The notes beneath the pieces were generated by a model. The model was given only the letters and a program-made list of their open reading frames with translations. It was not told where the DNA came from and made no database searches. A stretch of DNA of 34,948 nucleotides from a virus (lineage: Duplodnaviria > Caudoviricetes), in the IMG/VR virus record IMGVR_UViG_3300017716_002237, positions 1 through 34,948 of that record; one strand, 5' to 3'. Shown here piece after piece: positions 25,904 through 34,055 of the stretch. The translations under genes were made by a program, and so were the position numbers. Each line of letters opens with the position of its first letter. The first letter of the stretch is position 1.

Positions 25904-26909
25904 CAGCAGCAATGGAAGAGTTACTTCTTTCAAGACTTACGCAGAAGCAGAAAGCTTCTTCGTTCACGAGATTTGCCACAATCCAGATTATGTAAACCAC
26001 GACACCAGCGAAATGGTTGGAGTTGGCTTTACACTAACAAATCCATTAGCCAACAAGAACAAGCATAGCAACTACGAGTATGCGCAAGCTTTCTTTGACT
26101 GGTTGATATCTGGTAAAGGAGAGTTAAGCTCTGAAGTACTCAGGCTCAATCCTTGGGCTCAAAGATTCATTGACACAAGCGGCCTTCCTGAAGGTTTTTC
26201 TGGCAGCTACGGAATCAAGCTTGCTGGACAGCTAGATGTTGCTGTCAACGAGTTGAAGGTTCAGAAGGAAGGCAGGCGTAGTTATGTATCTATCTTGTGG
26301 CCAAGCGACCAGATTATACTAACAAGCAAGACAACCCACGAGTATCCATGTACTGTTGGTTTCAGTTTCTTTGTTCGTAACGGAGCGCTGGACATGGTTG
26401 TTAACATGAGGTCTAACAATTGCTTAAATGTTCTGCCCTATGACGTATATAACTTCACGTCACTTCAAAAGATGGTTGCTTTCAGGCTTGGTGTTGACAT
26501 TGGTTATTACACACACTTTGCTAACTCGCTACATGTTTTCAAGAGTGACGTTCGTAGCGTTCTAGAAGGTGGTTACGAGTGGCAGCACGAAACAACCAAG
26601 CTACTATCCAACGAGTTCGAGCCAATCAGAAAGTGGGCTGACAAGGTAGGTATTCTAGCTCAATGCACCTCACACGCTCAGATTGTGAAGCTAGGAGAGG
26701 AGTCAGGCGAATTGTGTAGGCACGTTCTCAGAAACAACAAACAAGGGTACACAGATGCGTTAGGAGACATTCTTATAGTTATGGTGAACTTAGCAGCTAG
26801 CTTAGGAATTTCACTTGAACAAGCGCTTAATTTGGCTTGGCAAGAGGTTCACTCTAGAGAAGGCAAGATAAAGAACGGAACGTTTATTAAGCAAGGGGAT
26901 AACAGTTAG
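25884..26909 (+). CDS. Thymidylate-synthase-fold (dCMP-type) enzyme fused to a C-terminal MazG-like pyrophosphatase
   Basis: TS fold: W..SG, SYG, GRR, YPCT, MRSNN, LPYD and SLHVF. MazG domain (about 26600-26909): W...GI, QIVKLGEESGEL, DALGD and REGKIKNGTFIK. Confidence 0.85.
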   Translation: MNLRKSNSSNGRVTSFKTYAEAESFFVHEICHNPDYVNHDTSEMVGVGFTLTNPLANKNKHSNYEYAQAFFDWLISGKGELSSEVLRLNPWAQRFIDTSGLPEGFSGSYGIKLAGQLDVAVNELKVQKEGRRSYVSILWPSDQIILTSKTTHEYPCTVGFSFFVRNGALDMVVNMRSNNCLNVLPYDVYNFTSLQKMVAFRLGVDIGYYTHFANSLHVFKSDVRSVLEGGYEWQHETTKLLSNEFEPIRKWADKVGILAQCTSHAQIVKLGEESGELCRHVLRNNKQGYTDALGDILIVMVNLAASLGISLEQALNLAWQEVHSREGKIKNGTFIKQGDNS

Positions 26910-26911
26910 TT

Positions 26912-27436
26912 ATGGCAACAAGTTCAGACAGATACTTTATGGAGCGTGCTATGGTAGCGCGCTCCTTTAGCCCTTGCAACCGCCGAAAGGTTGGTGCTGT
27001 CATTACTGTTAATGGCCTGTTTGTTACAAGCAAAACATTCAACCACGTGGAGGGTAAAAGGTACGAGGCTTGCGAGTGCAACGGCAAGTCAAAGCCTAAC
27101 GTTGCTCATGCTGAAGCTTTGGCCTGCAAGGAGTTGAAAGAAAAACATGGTTACAACACAACAACGCTCAAGTACTCTTTATACGTAACAATGCTTCCTT
27201 GCCAACAATGTGCTGAGAAGATTGTTGACGCTGGTATCAAGGAAGTTTTTTGGTGGCAACAACATGGTAGAAAAGGGGTTGTTGAGTACTTGCTAAGCAA
27301 GGGTATATACGTAGAGCGTATAGAAATTCCGTACCTTGAACCTAATGATGTCAAGGCAGATGAAAACCTGTGGAAATTTTTACTAGGCAAATTCGGTAAC
27401 TTGGTATATATTTGCAGAGGTTTGTTTGTCAGCTAA
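26912..27436 (+). CDS. dCMP deaminase (ComEB/CDA family)
   Basis: Motifs SPCNRRKVGAVI, HAE, LYVTMLPCQQCA and AGIKEV. Confidence 0.9.
   Translation: MATSSDRYFMERAMVARSFSPCNRRKVGAVITVNGLFVTSKTFNHVEGKRYEACECNGKSKPNVAHAEALACKELKEKHGYNTTTLKYSLYVTMLPCQQCAEKIVDAGIKEVFWWQQHGRKGVVEYLLSKGIYVERIEIPYLEPNDVKADENLWKFLLGKFGNLVYICRGLFVS
27407..27414 (+). promoter_or_regulatory. Bacteroidota -7 promoter element upstream of the replication operon
   Basis: Exact TAnnTTTG match (TATATTTG) followed by a structured leader. Confidence 0.5.
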
Positions 27437-27497
27437 GCTGACAGAGTTGTTTCAGGAGTAGGGTTTAGTGGCTGTGGTGGCTGCTAGACCCTTTCCT
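27427..27497 (+). other. Palindrome plus stem-loop in the leader of the replication operon
   Basis: TGTCAGCT-A-AGCTGACA at 27427-27443 and an agggtttagtggc / gctgctagaccct stem at 27460-27492. Confidence 0.6.
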
Positions 27498-27541
27498 ATT
27501 TATAGAGGGCTTCCTCTTTAACAACTAAACCAACAACTAAC

Positions 27542-27787
27542 ATGAAACCACAACAATCAAAGACAACAAGCTTTTGTATTTCTAAGGAAGACTTAGTTAT
27601 TTCAATCGTAACATGTACTGCTTTTAATGAAGCAAACGTTAAATCCACGTTTTTCATTAAACACAAAGAAACTAGCGTAGCGATAAAAACAACCAACACT
27701 AAAGAAACTGATGGGCTGGTTGAGGTACTCGAAAGAGCTGTAGTAGAACTAAAAAGGTCTGCAAAGGAACATTCTAACTCCATTTAA
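27542..27787 (+). CDS. Hypothetical protein
   Basis: 81-aa ORF with an A/C-rich leader. Confidence 0.6.
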   Translation: MKPQQSKTTSFCISKEDLVISIVTCTAFNEANVKSTFFIKHKETSVAIKTTNTKETDGLVEVLERAVVELKRSAKEHSNSI

Positions 27788-27788
27788 C

Positions 27789-28769
27789 ATGAAACCTTCA
27801 AAAGAAAACTTTAACTTTCCGCATGACTACAATGCGAAAGACGACCCTAAATGTATGCTTCTTATAGAGCAGATGGGTTTGGAGGGGTATGGAATATTTT
27901 GGGTGTTGCTAGAAACGCTTCGTGTTCAAGAGGACTACAAGTGCCATGTCTCTCTAGTTCCACCAATTGCTAGAAGATACGGAACCAGCATAGAAAAGGT
28001 TAAGTGTGTTATACTAAACTACAACCTATTCACTATAGAAGGTAACGAGTTTTTCTACAGTGCTCCATTCAGGAATCGTATGCTGAAAGTGGATGGAAGG
28101 TCTAAGACCAATAAGGCAAAGGCTATAAAAGCTGCCGCTTCTCGTTGGGGTTCGTCTGGTCTAGCTCTAGAGACGACAACCGAAAATGAGGAATTTTTTA
28201 TGCTCCAAGCAATGCACAAGCAATGCTCCAAGCATAAGGAATGTGAAAATCAATGCGATACGCAAACGGCTTTAAAATGCTCCAAGCAATGCTCCAAGCA
28301 TAAGGAACCTGAAACACAAGCAGATACGCAAACGGCTTTACCTGCCCCTGTCGAAATCGGCGTCTTATTCTCTTCTTTTTCTGATAATTTATATAGTATA
28401 AGTAATAGTATAAGTAAAAAAGAAGGCCAGCAAGAGCATGACCTTATCAAGGCAGAAACTCCGAAAGCATTGGTGTTGTTTGAGCAACCAGCAGAGCAAA
28501 AGCACTACCTTCAGATTCTTGTAGAAAAGAGAACCGAGAACGTTTGCAAGATGAAGAAGCAGCTAACGTTTGACAAGGCCAAGAAACTTGAAGGTGATTA
28601 TGGTAGAGATGTCGTGGTTGGAATCATTCAAGCAATGGAGAACAGGGTTGACTTGACAAAGAAAAACCTTGACGTAAACCTAACAATTAGAAATTGGCTG
28701 GCGATGAGAGGCACAAAGCCTAACACCTCAACAAAAGGCAGTGGTTTAACACACAAAATGACTTTATGA
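27789..28769 (+). CDS. Replication initiator / replisome organiser (DUF4373, Lin1244/Lin1753-like N-terminus)
   Basis: FPHDYNAKDDPK...GLEGYGIFWVLLETL, internal iterons, C-terminal TIRNW; directly upstream of the primase-helicase. Confidence 0.8.
   Translation: MKPSKENFNFPHDYNAKDDPKCMLLIEQMGLEGYGIFWVLLETLRVQEDYKCHVSLVPPIARRYGTSIEKVKCVILNYNLFTIEGNEFFYSAPFRNRMLKVDGRSKTNKAKAIKAAASRWGSSGLALETTTENEEFFMLQAMHKQCSKHKECENQCDTQTALKCSKQCSKHKEPETQADTQTALPAPVEIGVLFSSFSDNLYSISNSISKKEGQQEHDLIKAETPKALVLFEQPAEQKHYLQILVEKRTENVCKMKKQLTFDKAKKLEGDYGRDVVVGIIQAMENRVDLTKKNLDVNLTIRNWLAMRGTKPNTSTKGSGLTHKMTL
28200..28425. repeat. Iteron array plus AT-rich tract: probable replication origin
   Basis: ATGCTCCAAGCA at 28200, 28223, 28277 and 28289, plus a variant ATGCACAAGCA at 28212. 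A block duplication with 66-bp period ends GATACGCAAACGGCTTTA. An AT-rich tract with 2x ATAGTATAAGTA follows at about 28365-28422. Confidence 0.8.
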
Positions 28770-30502
28770 CCTACGAAGAATACGGAATAGATGTTAAGAA
28801 TAGAGCAAGTGGCTCGGTTTACACCACTTGCCCTAAGTGCAGCCCTGACAGACGCAAGAAATCTGACAAGTGTTTGAATGTAAACCTAGACAAAGGAGTG
28901 TTTAGGTGCAACCATTGTGGATGGGCTGGTGGTGTATCTAGCAGAGAGGCCAAGCCAGAGAAGAGAACCTATACACCACCACCAGAACCTAAAACCAAGC
29001 TTACTGACAAAATGGTTGCTTGGTTTGCGACACGCTCGATAACAGCAACAGCACTAAACCAGTTAAACGTAACCTCTGGAGAACAATTCTTTCCTCAGGT
29101 TAACGAGAAGCGAACTTGCCTGATGTTTAACTACTATAGGGATGGAAAGATAGTTAACACCAAGTACAGAGATGGAGACAAGAACTTCAGAATGCACAAA
29201 GGAGCTGAGCTTATATTGTACAACATTGACTCTTTGAAGGGTCAATCCAAAGCCTATCTGGTAGAAGGTGAAATTGACGCTTTAAGCCTGCACATTTGCG
29301 GCTTGACTAATGTTGTAAGCGTTCCGAACGGAGCAACCAAAGAAAAGAACAACCTTGCCTATATAGACAATAGTTGGGAGGATATAAAACACATACAAGA
29401 GTGGGTTATATGCACTGACAACGATTTAGCAGGCCGAAACCTTAGAGAGGAACTATCAATAAGGCTTGGCAAAGAGAATTGCTCATACGTTGTATTTGGA
29501 GAGAACAAAGATGCCAACGATTGCCTTATGAACAGAGGTGTTCAGGCTGTGGTAGAACACTGTACCAAGCCAACCCAGTACAGGATGACAGGTGTGTTTA
29601 GCTTTGAGGATATAGAAGATGAGATTCTAGACTTCTACTACAACGGGCTACCTAAAGGAGCTAAGACTAGCATAGCTCCACTTGACGAGCACCTTAGTTA
29701 CCATGAGGGGTACATTACTGTACTTACTGGAATACCTAGTCATGGTAAAACTAGTTTCCTTGACTTTTTGTGTGCAAGGCTAAACATCATAGATGGATGG
29801 AAAGGTGGTTTCTATTCACCAGAGAACAAGCCTTTAAAGTTGCATGCCTCAAAGCTTGCTAGGATATACACAGGAAAACATTGGGATGGCGAATACAAGA
29901 TGAACCTTGAAGAGCTGAACGACTTTACAGAGTACATTCGAGATGAATTTTGGTTTGTAAAACCTGAGGAAGAGTATAGCGTGAAGAGTATTTTGTCGTC
30001 GGTTTCGCAGCTAGTTAAAAGGAAAGGTGTCAAGTTCTTTGTCATAGACGCTTGGAACAAACTTGACCACAACGACGATAGCACCAGCTACGTAGGAAAG
30101 ACACTAGACGAGATTGCTGCTTTTTGCGAGATGAACCAAGTTCATTGCTTCCTTGTGGTTCACCCTAAGAAAATGCAGAAGAACCGAGACACTGGACTTT
30201 ACGAATTACCTACCCTGTATGACTGCTCTGGTTCCGCGAACTTCTACAACAAGGCAGATGGAGGTATATCTGTATACCGAAACTTTACGGAGGATATAAG
30301 CGAGATATACTTTCAGAAAATCAAGTTTGAGCATTGGGGAAAGGTTGGCGCTGTACCAATGAAGTACGAAAGAATCAGTGGAAGGTATTACCCTTCTGGT
30401 TCTGAGCCTAACAGACAGAATTGGATATATAACCACCCTACCGAAATACTAGTTGAAAACCCTGTAGCATCATTCTCTTCATCTGAAGACTTTCCATTTT
30501 AA
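28766..30502 (+). CDS. Bifunctional primase-helicase (T7 gp4 / Twinkle-like)
   Basis: Zn finger CPKC...CNHC, TOPRIM motifs VEGEIDALS and TDND, KDAND, Walker A GIPSHGKT, VIDAW, VVHP and SGSANFYNKAD. Confidence 0.93.
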   Translation: MTYEEYGIDVKNRASGSVYTTCPKCSPDRRKKSDKCLNVNLDKGVFRCNHCGWAGGVSSREAKPEKRTYTPPPEPKTKLTDKMVAWFATRSITATALNQLNVTSGEQFFPQVNEKRTCLMFNYYRDGKIVNTKYRDGDKNFRMHKGAELILYNIDSLKGQSKAYLVEGEIDALSLHICGLTNVVSVPNGATKEKNNLAYIDNSWEDIKHIQEWVICTDNDLAGRNLREELSIRLGKENCSYVVFGENKDANDCLMNRGVQAVVEHCTKPTQYRMTGVFSFEDIEDEILDFYYNGLPKGAKTSIAPLDEHLSYHEGYITVLTGIPSHGKTSFLDFLCARLNIIDGWKGGFYSPENKPLKLHASKLARIYTGKHWDGEYKMNLEELNDFTEYIRDEFWFVKPEEEYSVKSILSSVSQLVKRKGVKFFVIDAWNKLDHNDDSTSYVGKTLDEIAAFCEMNQVHCFLVVHPKKMQKNRDTGLYELPTLYDCSGSANFYNKADGGISVYRNFTEDISEIYFQKIKFEHWGKVGAVPMKYERISGRYYPSGSEPNRQNWIYNHPTEILVENPVASFSSSEDFPF

Positions 30503-30522
30503 CAACCAAACCAATAACAAAT

Positions 30523-30843
30523 ATGACAGACAAGAAAATTACTGATTGCAAAGAGATGGTTAAGAACCTTCTCACTTCGACACCACACACAAGAGATGAT
30601 GACAATAGGCTTATTGCCAACTTTTGGTGGGCTGAACTAGACAGAGCTAAAAAGAAGGGTTGCAACTCGACCGAGCTTCTTAAAATGCTTAGCGAAGGCC
30701 AACTAACAAGCGGTGAAAGCATTACCAGAATGAGGCGAAAGCTTCAAGAGGAATTCGCAGAGCTTAGGGGTAAGCTGTACGAAGAGCGCCAAGCAAGGCA
30801 GAACCCAGTAAAGAAAGAATTAGGATACAAAACAAACGATTAA
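30523..30843 (+). CDS. Hypothetical protein
   Basis: 106 aa with TRDDDNRL and ESITRMRRKLQE, a pattern I recognise from phage hypothetical proteins. Confidence 0.7.
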   Translation: MTDKKITDCKEMVKNLLTSTPHTRDDDNRLIANFWWAELDRAKKKGCNSTELLKMLSEGQLTSGESITRMRRKLQEEFAELRGKLYEERQARQNPVKKELGYKTND

Positions 30844-30846
30844 AAC

Positions 30847-31200
30847 ATGAAAAACATAGTAAAATTCAGAGGCTTCAAAAAATCAACAAACGAAGCCATT
30901 TACGGAAGCCCTATTTGCGACGACAAAGGAATTGTTTTTGCTATATGCCAGCAAATGACAAGCCCTGTGGAGAATGGTGTTATAAGTGGTTGGGTATTCT
31001 GGGTGAAAGACGCAACTCAGTTCACTGGATTTATCGACACCAACGGCAAGGAAATATACGCTGGAGATACAACAGAAGAGGGGGAGGTTATCTACCATAG
31101 CGAATATGGAGGTTTCTTTATCAAAACAAAGAATTGTACAGAGGATTACTTGCCTTTGTACGACGTGCTACCAGTAACAGTAACAGGAAACATTTTTTAA
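30847..31200 (+). CDS. YopX family protein
   Basis: Motifs VKFRG, QFTGFIDTNGKEIYAGD and VTGNI. Confidence 0.85.
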   Translation: MKNIVKFRGFKKSTNEAIYGSPICDDKGIVFAICQQMTSPVENGVISGWVFWVKDATQFTGFIDTNGKEIYAGDTTEEGEVIYHSEYGGFFIKTKNCTEDYLPLYDVLPVTVTGNIF

Positions 31201-31222
31201 ACAAAACAAACATAACAACAAC

Positions 31223-32335
31223 ATGGAAAACCAAGAACTAAAGGTGTTGACACCTAGAACAGAAATCGAACTAGCGATTACGAAAAACAACCTATCTACA
31301 GAGATAGCCAGCTCATTCAAGGAAAAGTTCTTTCCTCTTATCGAGAAGATTGAGAACTGGAGCAGAGGCGCTAAAGAGTTAGTAATTACTGACATCAGTC
31401 AAAAGCGAGAAATGGCTATGGCTAGAACAGCTAGGTTAGCGCTTAAAGACCTTCGTGTAGAAGCTAGGAAGGTTAAAGAGTCATTGAAAGAGGAAAGCCT
31501 TAGATACAACAAGGCTGTAGATGGAGCGTACAACATCATTGAATTCATGGTGAAACCTATAGAGGAACACCTTCAGAAGCAAGAAGACTTTGAAAAGCGC
31601 TGGAAAGTAGAGCAAGAAGCGGTAGTAAGAGCTGAAAGAGCTACCAAGATAGAGCCTTACAAGGCTTATGCTCCATTCTGTCCAGACCTAGCATTCTTGA
31701 CTGAAGAGCAGTTTGAGAAAATGTTAGAAGATTCTAAGACCTTGATGGAGGTTGCTGTTGACAAGGCTAAGAAAGCTGAAGAGGAAAAGGTTAAGCTAGA
31801 AAAGGAGCAAGCTGAGGCTAAGGCTAAAGCTGAAAAGGAAGCCCAAGCCAAAGCAAAGGCAGACAAAGAGTTGAAAGATAAGGCCGAAAATGAAAGGCTA
31901 GCTAAGTTTGCTGCAGACAAGAAGATAGCAGATGAAGAGCTGGCTAAGAAAAACAAGGCGCTAAAGGAGCAGCAAGACAAGTTAGACCTAGAAAAAGCTC
32001 AAATGGCTAAAGTGGCTGCAGAGCAAAAAGCTAAGCAAGCTGAGCTAGACAAGAAGGCAAAGGAATTGGAGCAGACCAGCAAAAAGCAAGCAGCGCCACA
32101 AGCGAAACCGACACAGGCAGAAATGGCAGCAGCGCAAGCCGTTCCAAACTACTTCAAGACAGGAACTGACAAGGAAAAACTTGCAGCGCTTGGAAAGATG
32201 ATAGGGTTAGTGGTTCTGCCTATCATGGAAACCGAAGAGGGTAAAGCAGCAATGGCTAACATTCGAGTGCTTTTCATCAAGCTAGAGAAGTATGTTTTAG
32301 AGAATTCGGATAAACTAGAAACCCCAAAAGCATAG
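31223..32335 (+). CDS. Long coiled-coil hypothetical protein
   Basis: 370 aa with a K/E/A-rich heptad region. Confidence 0.75.
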   Translation: MENQELKVLTPRTEIELAITKNNLSTEIASSFKEKFFPLIEKIENWSRGAKELVITDISQKREMAMARTARLALKDLRVEARKVKESLKEESLRYNKAVDGAYNIIEFMVKPIEEHLQKQEDFEKRWKVEQEAVVRAERATKIEPYKAYAPFCPDLAFLTEEQFEKMLEDSKTLMEVAVDKAKKAEEEKVKLEKEQAEAKAKAEKEAQAKAKADKELKDKAENERLAKFAADKKIADEELAKKNKALKEQQDKLDLEKAQMAKVAAEQKAKQAELDKKAKELEQTSKKQAAPQAKPTQAEMAAAQAVPNYFKTGTDKEKLAALGKMIGLVVLPIMETEEGKAAMANIRVLFIKLEKYVLENSDKLETPKA

Positions 32336-32338
32336 GTT

Positions 32339-32572
32339 ATGGCAAATAAAAATAAAGCTCCAAAGTTGTGTATGCAAGTTCTCATACACACTGAACCAGA
32401 TGGCCTATGGTACAAGAAGGGTCAAAAGCATTTTGTTCACCCAAACCCAGTAACAGGATTCTCTGGAGGTGGGTTATGCTTTCAGAAGGACTACGGAATG
32501 TTTGGCATACACGTCGAACACTGCAAGATAATAGGAGTGTATGACGCAAAGGCTCTTGATAACAACGACTAA
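32339..32572 (+). CDS. Hypothetical protein
   Basis: 77-aa ORF packed in the operon. Confidence 0.6.
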   Translation: MANKNKAPKLCMQVLIHTEPDGLWYKKGQKHFVHPNPVTGFSGGGLCFQKDYGMFGIHVEHCKIIGVYDAKALDNND

Positions 32573-32575
32573 ACC

Positions 32576-32812
32576 ATGGAAATAACTGAATTTAAAGTTA
32601 GCTTGTATTATGAACCTAAAAAAACCATTGAAATCTATATAGGAAAGGGTGTTTCTGGTTGCAACATTATAGATATTACAGGTCATTGCCCTGAATACTT
32701 CTTTAAAGACAACAACAGGTTAAAGGTTATAAGACAACCACTACTACCAGAAAGAGTAGTTATAGCTCGCACAATCGAAGAAGACGTTATGACTAAAGGC
32801 TTAGTAAAATAA
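32576..32812 (+). CDS. Hypothetical protein
   Basis: 78-aa ORF packed in the operon. Confidence 0.55.
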   Translation: MEITEFKVSLYYEPKKTIEIYIGKGVSGCNIIDITGHCPEYFFKDNNRLKVIRQPLLPERVVIARTIEEDVMTKGLVK

Positions 32813-32839
32813 ACACGCAACAAACCCAATTAAAACAAT

Positions 32840-33241
32840 ATGGACACAACAAACAACAACGAAAAGATTGAGAGCGCTGCTCCAATCCTAAAGAAAACCA
32901 AAGTTAAACAGAACCCATTACTGAAGCACGTTCTACCAACTGCTGAAGATGGTAGCTTTAGAGTGCATACTCCTAAACTGCTTAACGAAATCAAGAACAA
33001 CGCTCTGATGAGGCGCTACAAGGTTCCTGTTTCTATCCTAAGCTCTATCATAGGTGAAGTGGCTTTAGCTGCTGCAAGAATCAATGACAGCGAGCTAAAC
33101 AAGCTGATGTTACAGCTAACGCTATTTACACTAGCTGACCCAGACAGCGAAGACTTCGACCCAGAAGCACTATCTACAATTTTCAACCCTAAAACTAAGG
33201 AGCTGCTAGATGAACAAGCCAAGAGCCAGAAAAAAGACTAG
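32840..33241 (+). CDS. Hypothetical protein
   Basis: 133-aa ORF with an A/C-rich leader. Confidence 0.65.
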   Translation: MDTTNNNEKIESAAPILKKTKVKQNPLLKHVLPTAEDGSFRVHTPKLLNEIKNNALMRRYKVPVSILSSIIGEVALAAARINDSELNKLMLQLTLFTLADPDSEDFDPEALSTIFNPKTKELLDEQAKSQKKD

Positions 33242-33365
33242 GTGGATATTACTACCAAGAGCTTCATGTCCTAAGAATTTGAGGGTGCAAGTTGTGAGAC
33301 CAGATATATTTAAACCTGAATACATGTTGCCACAGATAAATCAAGGTTACTGCTTTTCTGGTTAA
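33210..33365 (+). CDS. Small basic hypothetical protein (51 aa, not in ORF track)
   Basis: MNKPRARKKTRWILLPRASC...GYCFSG, ending just before the terminator hairpin. Confidence 0.35.
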   Translation: MNKPRARKKTRWILLPRASCPKNLRVQVVRPDIFKPEYMLPQINQGYCFSG

Positions 33366-33400
33366 AACAAAGACCGCTAAAATTTGATTCTTCTAGGCTC

Positions 33401-33445
33401 TTAGCCCTGCTTACTAGAAATGAGTGGGGCTAAAGCCGTTTAATT
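33401..33445 (+). terminator. Probable terminator of the early/replication transcript
   Basis: ttagccctgctta-ctagaaa-tgagtggggctaa stem-loop followed by AT-rich sequence. Confidence 0.55.
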
Positions 33446-33485
33446 AATGAGGAAATTTTACGTGAAAATTTTTGGCTACACGGTT

Positions 33486-33501
33486 TAAATTTGCTGCCAT
33501 G
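33486..33501 (+). promoter_or_regulatory. Host-type -7 promoter TAAATTTG, TAAATTT-N6-ATG
   Basis: Exact TAnnTTTG at 33486-33493, ATG at 33499. Confidence 0.6.
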
Positions 33502-34053
33502 AAGGCACAACCAAACCAGACCGAAACGGAATACAGAAACAAGGTTATTCTAGAGCTATACAAAGACACAAAACTCAAGACAGCTTGCAGGAATATAGCT
33601 GGTAGCGATTACGCAGAAGACCTGTTCCACGAGGTTATATTGGCTATATATGACCAGCCGTTTGATAAATTGAAGCGCTCTGTAGATAATGGGTACATAA
33701 AGTGGTTGTTTTTTAAGATAGCCACAAATCAGTTCAACTCTAAGAATGGTAGCTTTTACACGAAATTCAGGCACAAGGATATCAAGGAAGAGCTAGGCAA
33801 GGCTTGTTTTGATATGACCAACGACAACGAGGAACAAGAGCTGAAAGAGGCTTTGATAGTTCGTGTTGAAAAGGCAATGAATGAAGAACTAGACTGGTTT
33901 GATAAAACGCTTGTAGAATTGTTCTCAGAGTTCAAGAGCGTAAAGAAGGTTAGTGAGCAAACCAACATACCATATAAAACAGCAAGCGCCTCAATAAAAG
34001 GCAGCATCGAGAAGATTAAACAGATAGCCAAACACGAACTTAAATCAAAATAA
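33499..34053 (+). CDS. RNA polymerase sigma-70/ECF-like factor (probable late activator)
   Basis: Region 2-like AEDLFHEVILAIY...WLFFKIATNQF and region 4-like LDWFDKTLVELF..SVKKVSEQTNIPYKT. Start moved from TTG 33472. Confidence 0.75.
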   Translation: MKAQPNQTETEYRNKVILELYKDTKLKTACRNIAGSDYAEDLFHEVILAIYDQPFDKLKRSVDNGYIKWLFFKIATNQFNSKNGSFYTKFRHKDIKEELGKACFDMTNDNEEQELKEALIVRVEKAMNEELDWFDKTLVELFSEFKSVKKVSEQTNIPYKTASASIKGSIEKIKQIAKHELKSK

Positions 34054-34055
34054 AC

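Noticed and set aside
25884-26909. Ordinary thyA annotation
   Set aside because: Asp occupies the N177 position, the E58/D169/G173 equivalents are lost, and the protein carries a MazG fusion.
27414-27500. tRNA gene
   Set aside because: Only two simple hairpins are present, with no cloverleaf, T-loop GTTC signature or acceptor stem.
28200-28340. Repeats as a CRISPR array
   Set aside because: The units are 11-12 bp with irregular spacing and no unique spacers, they are in frame within a CDS, and no cas genes are present. Iterons fit better.
31740-32100. Repetitive AAG/GCT/GAA-rich DNA as a tandem repeat element
   Set aside because: It is explained by K/E/A-rich coiled-coil coding in ORF 31223..32335.
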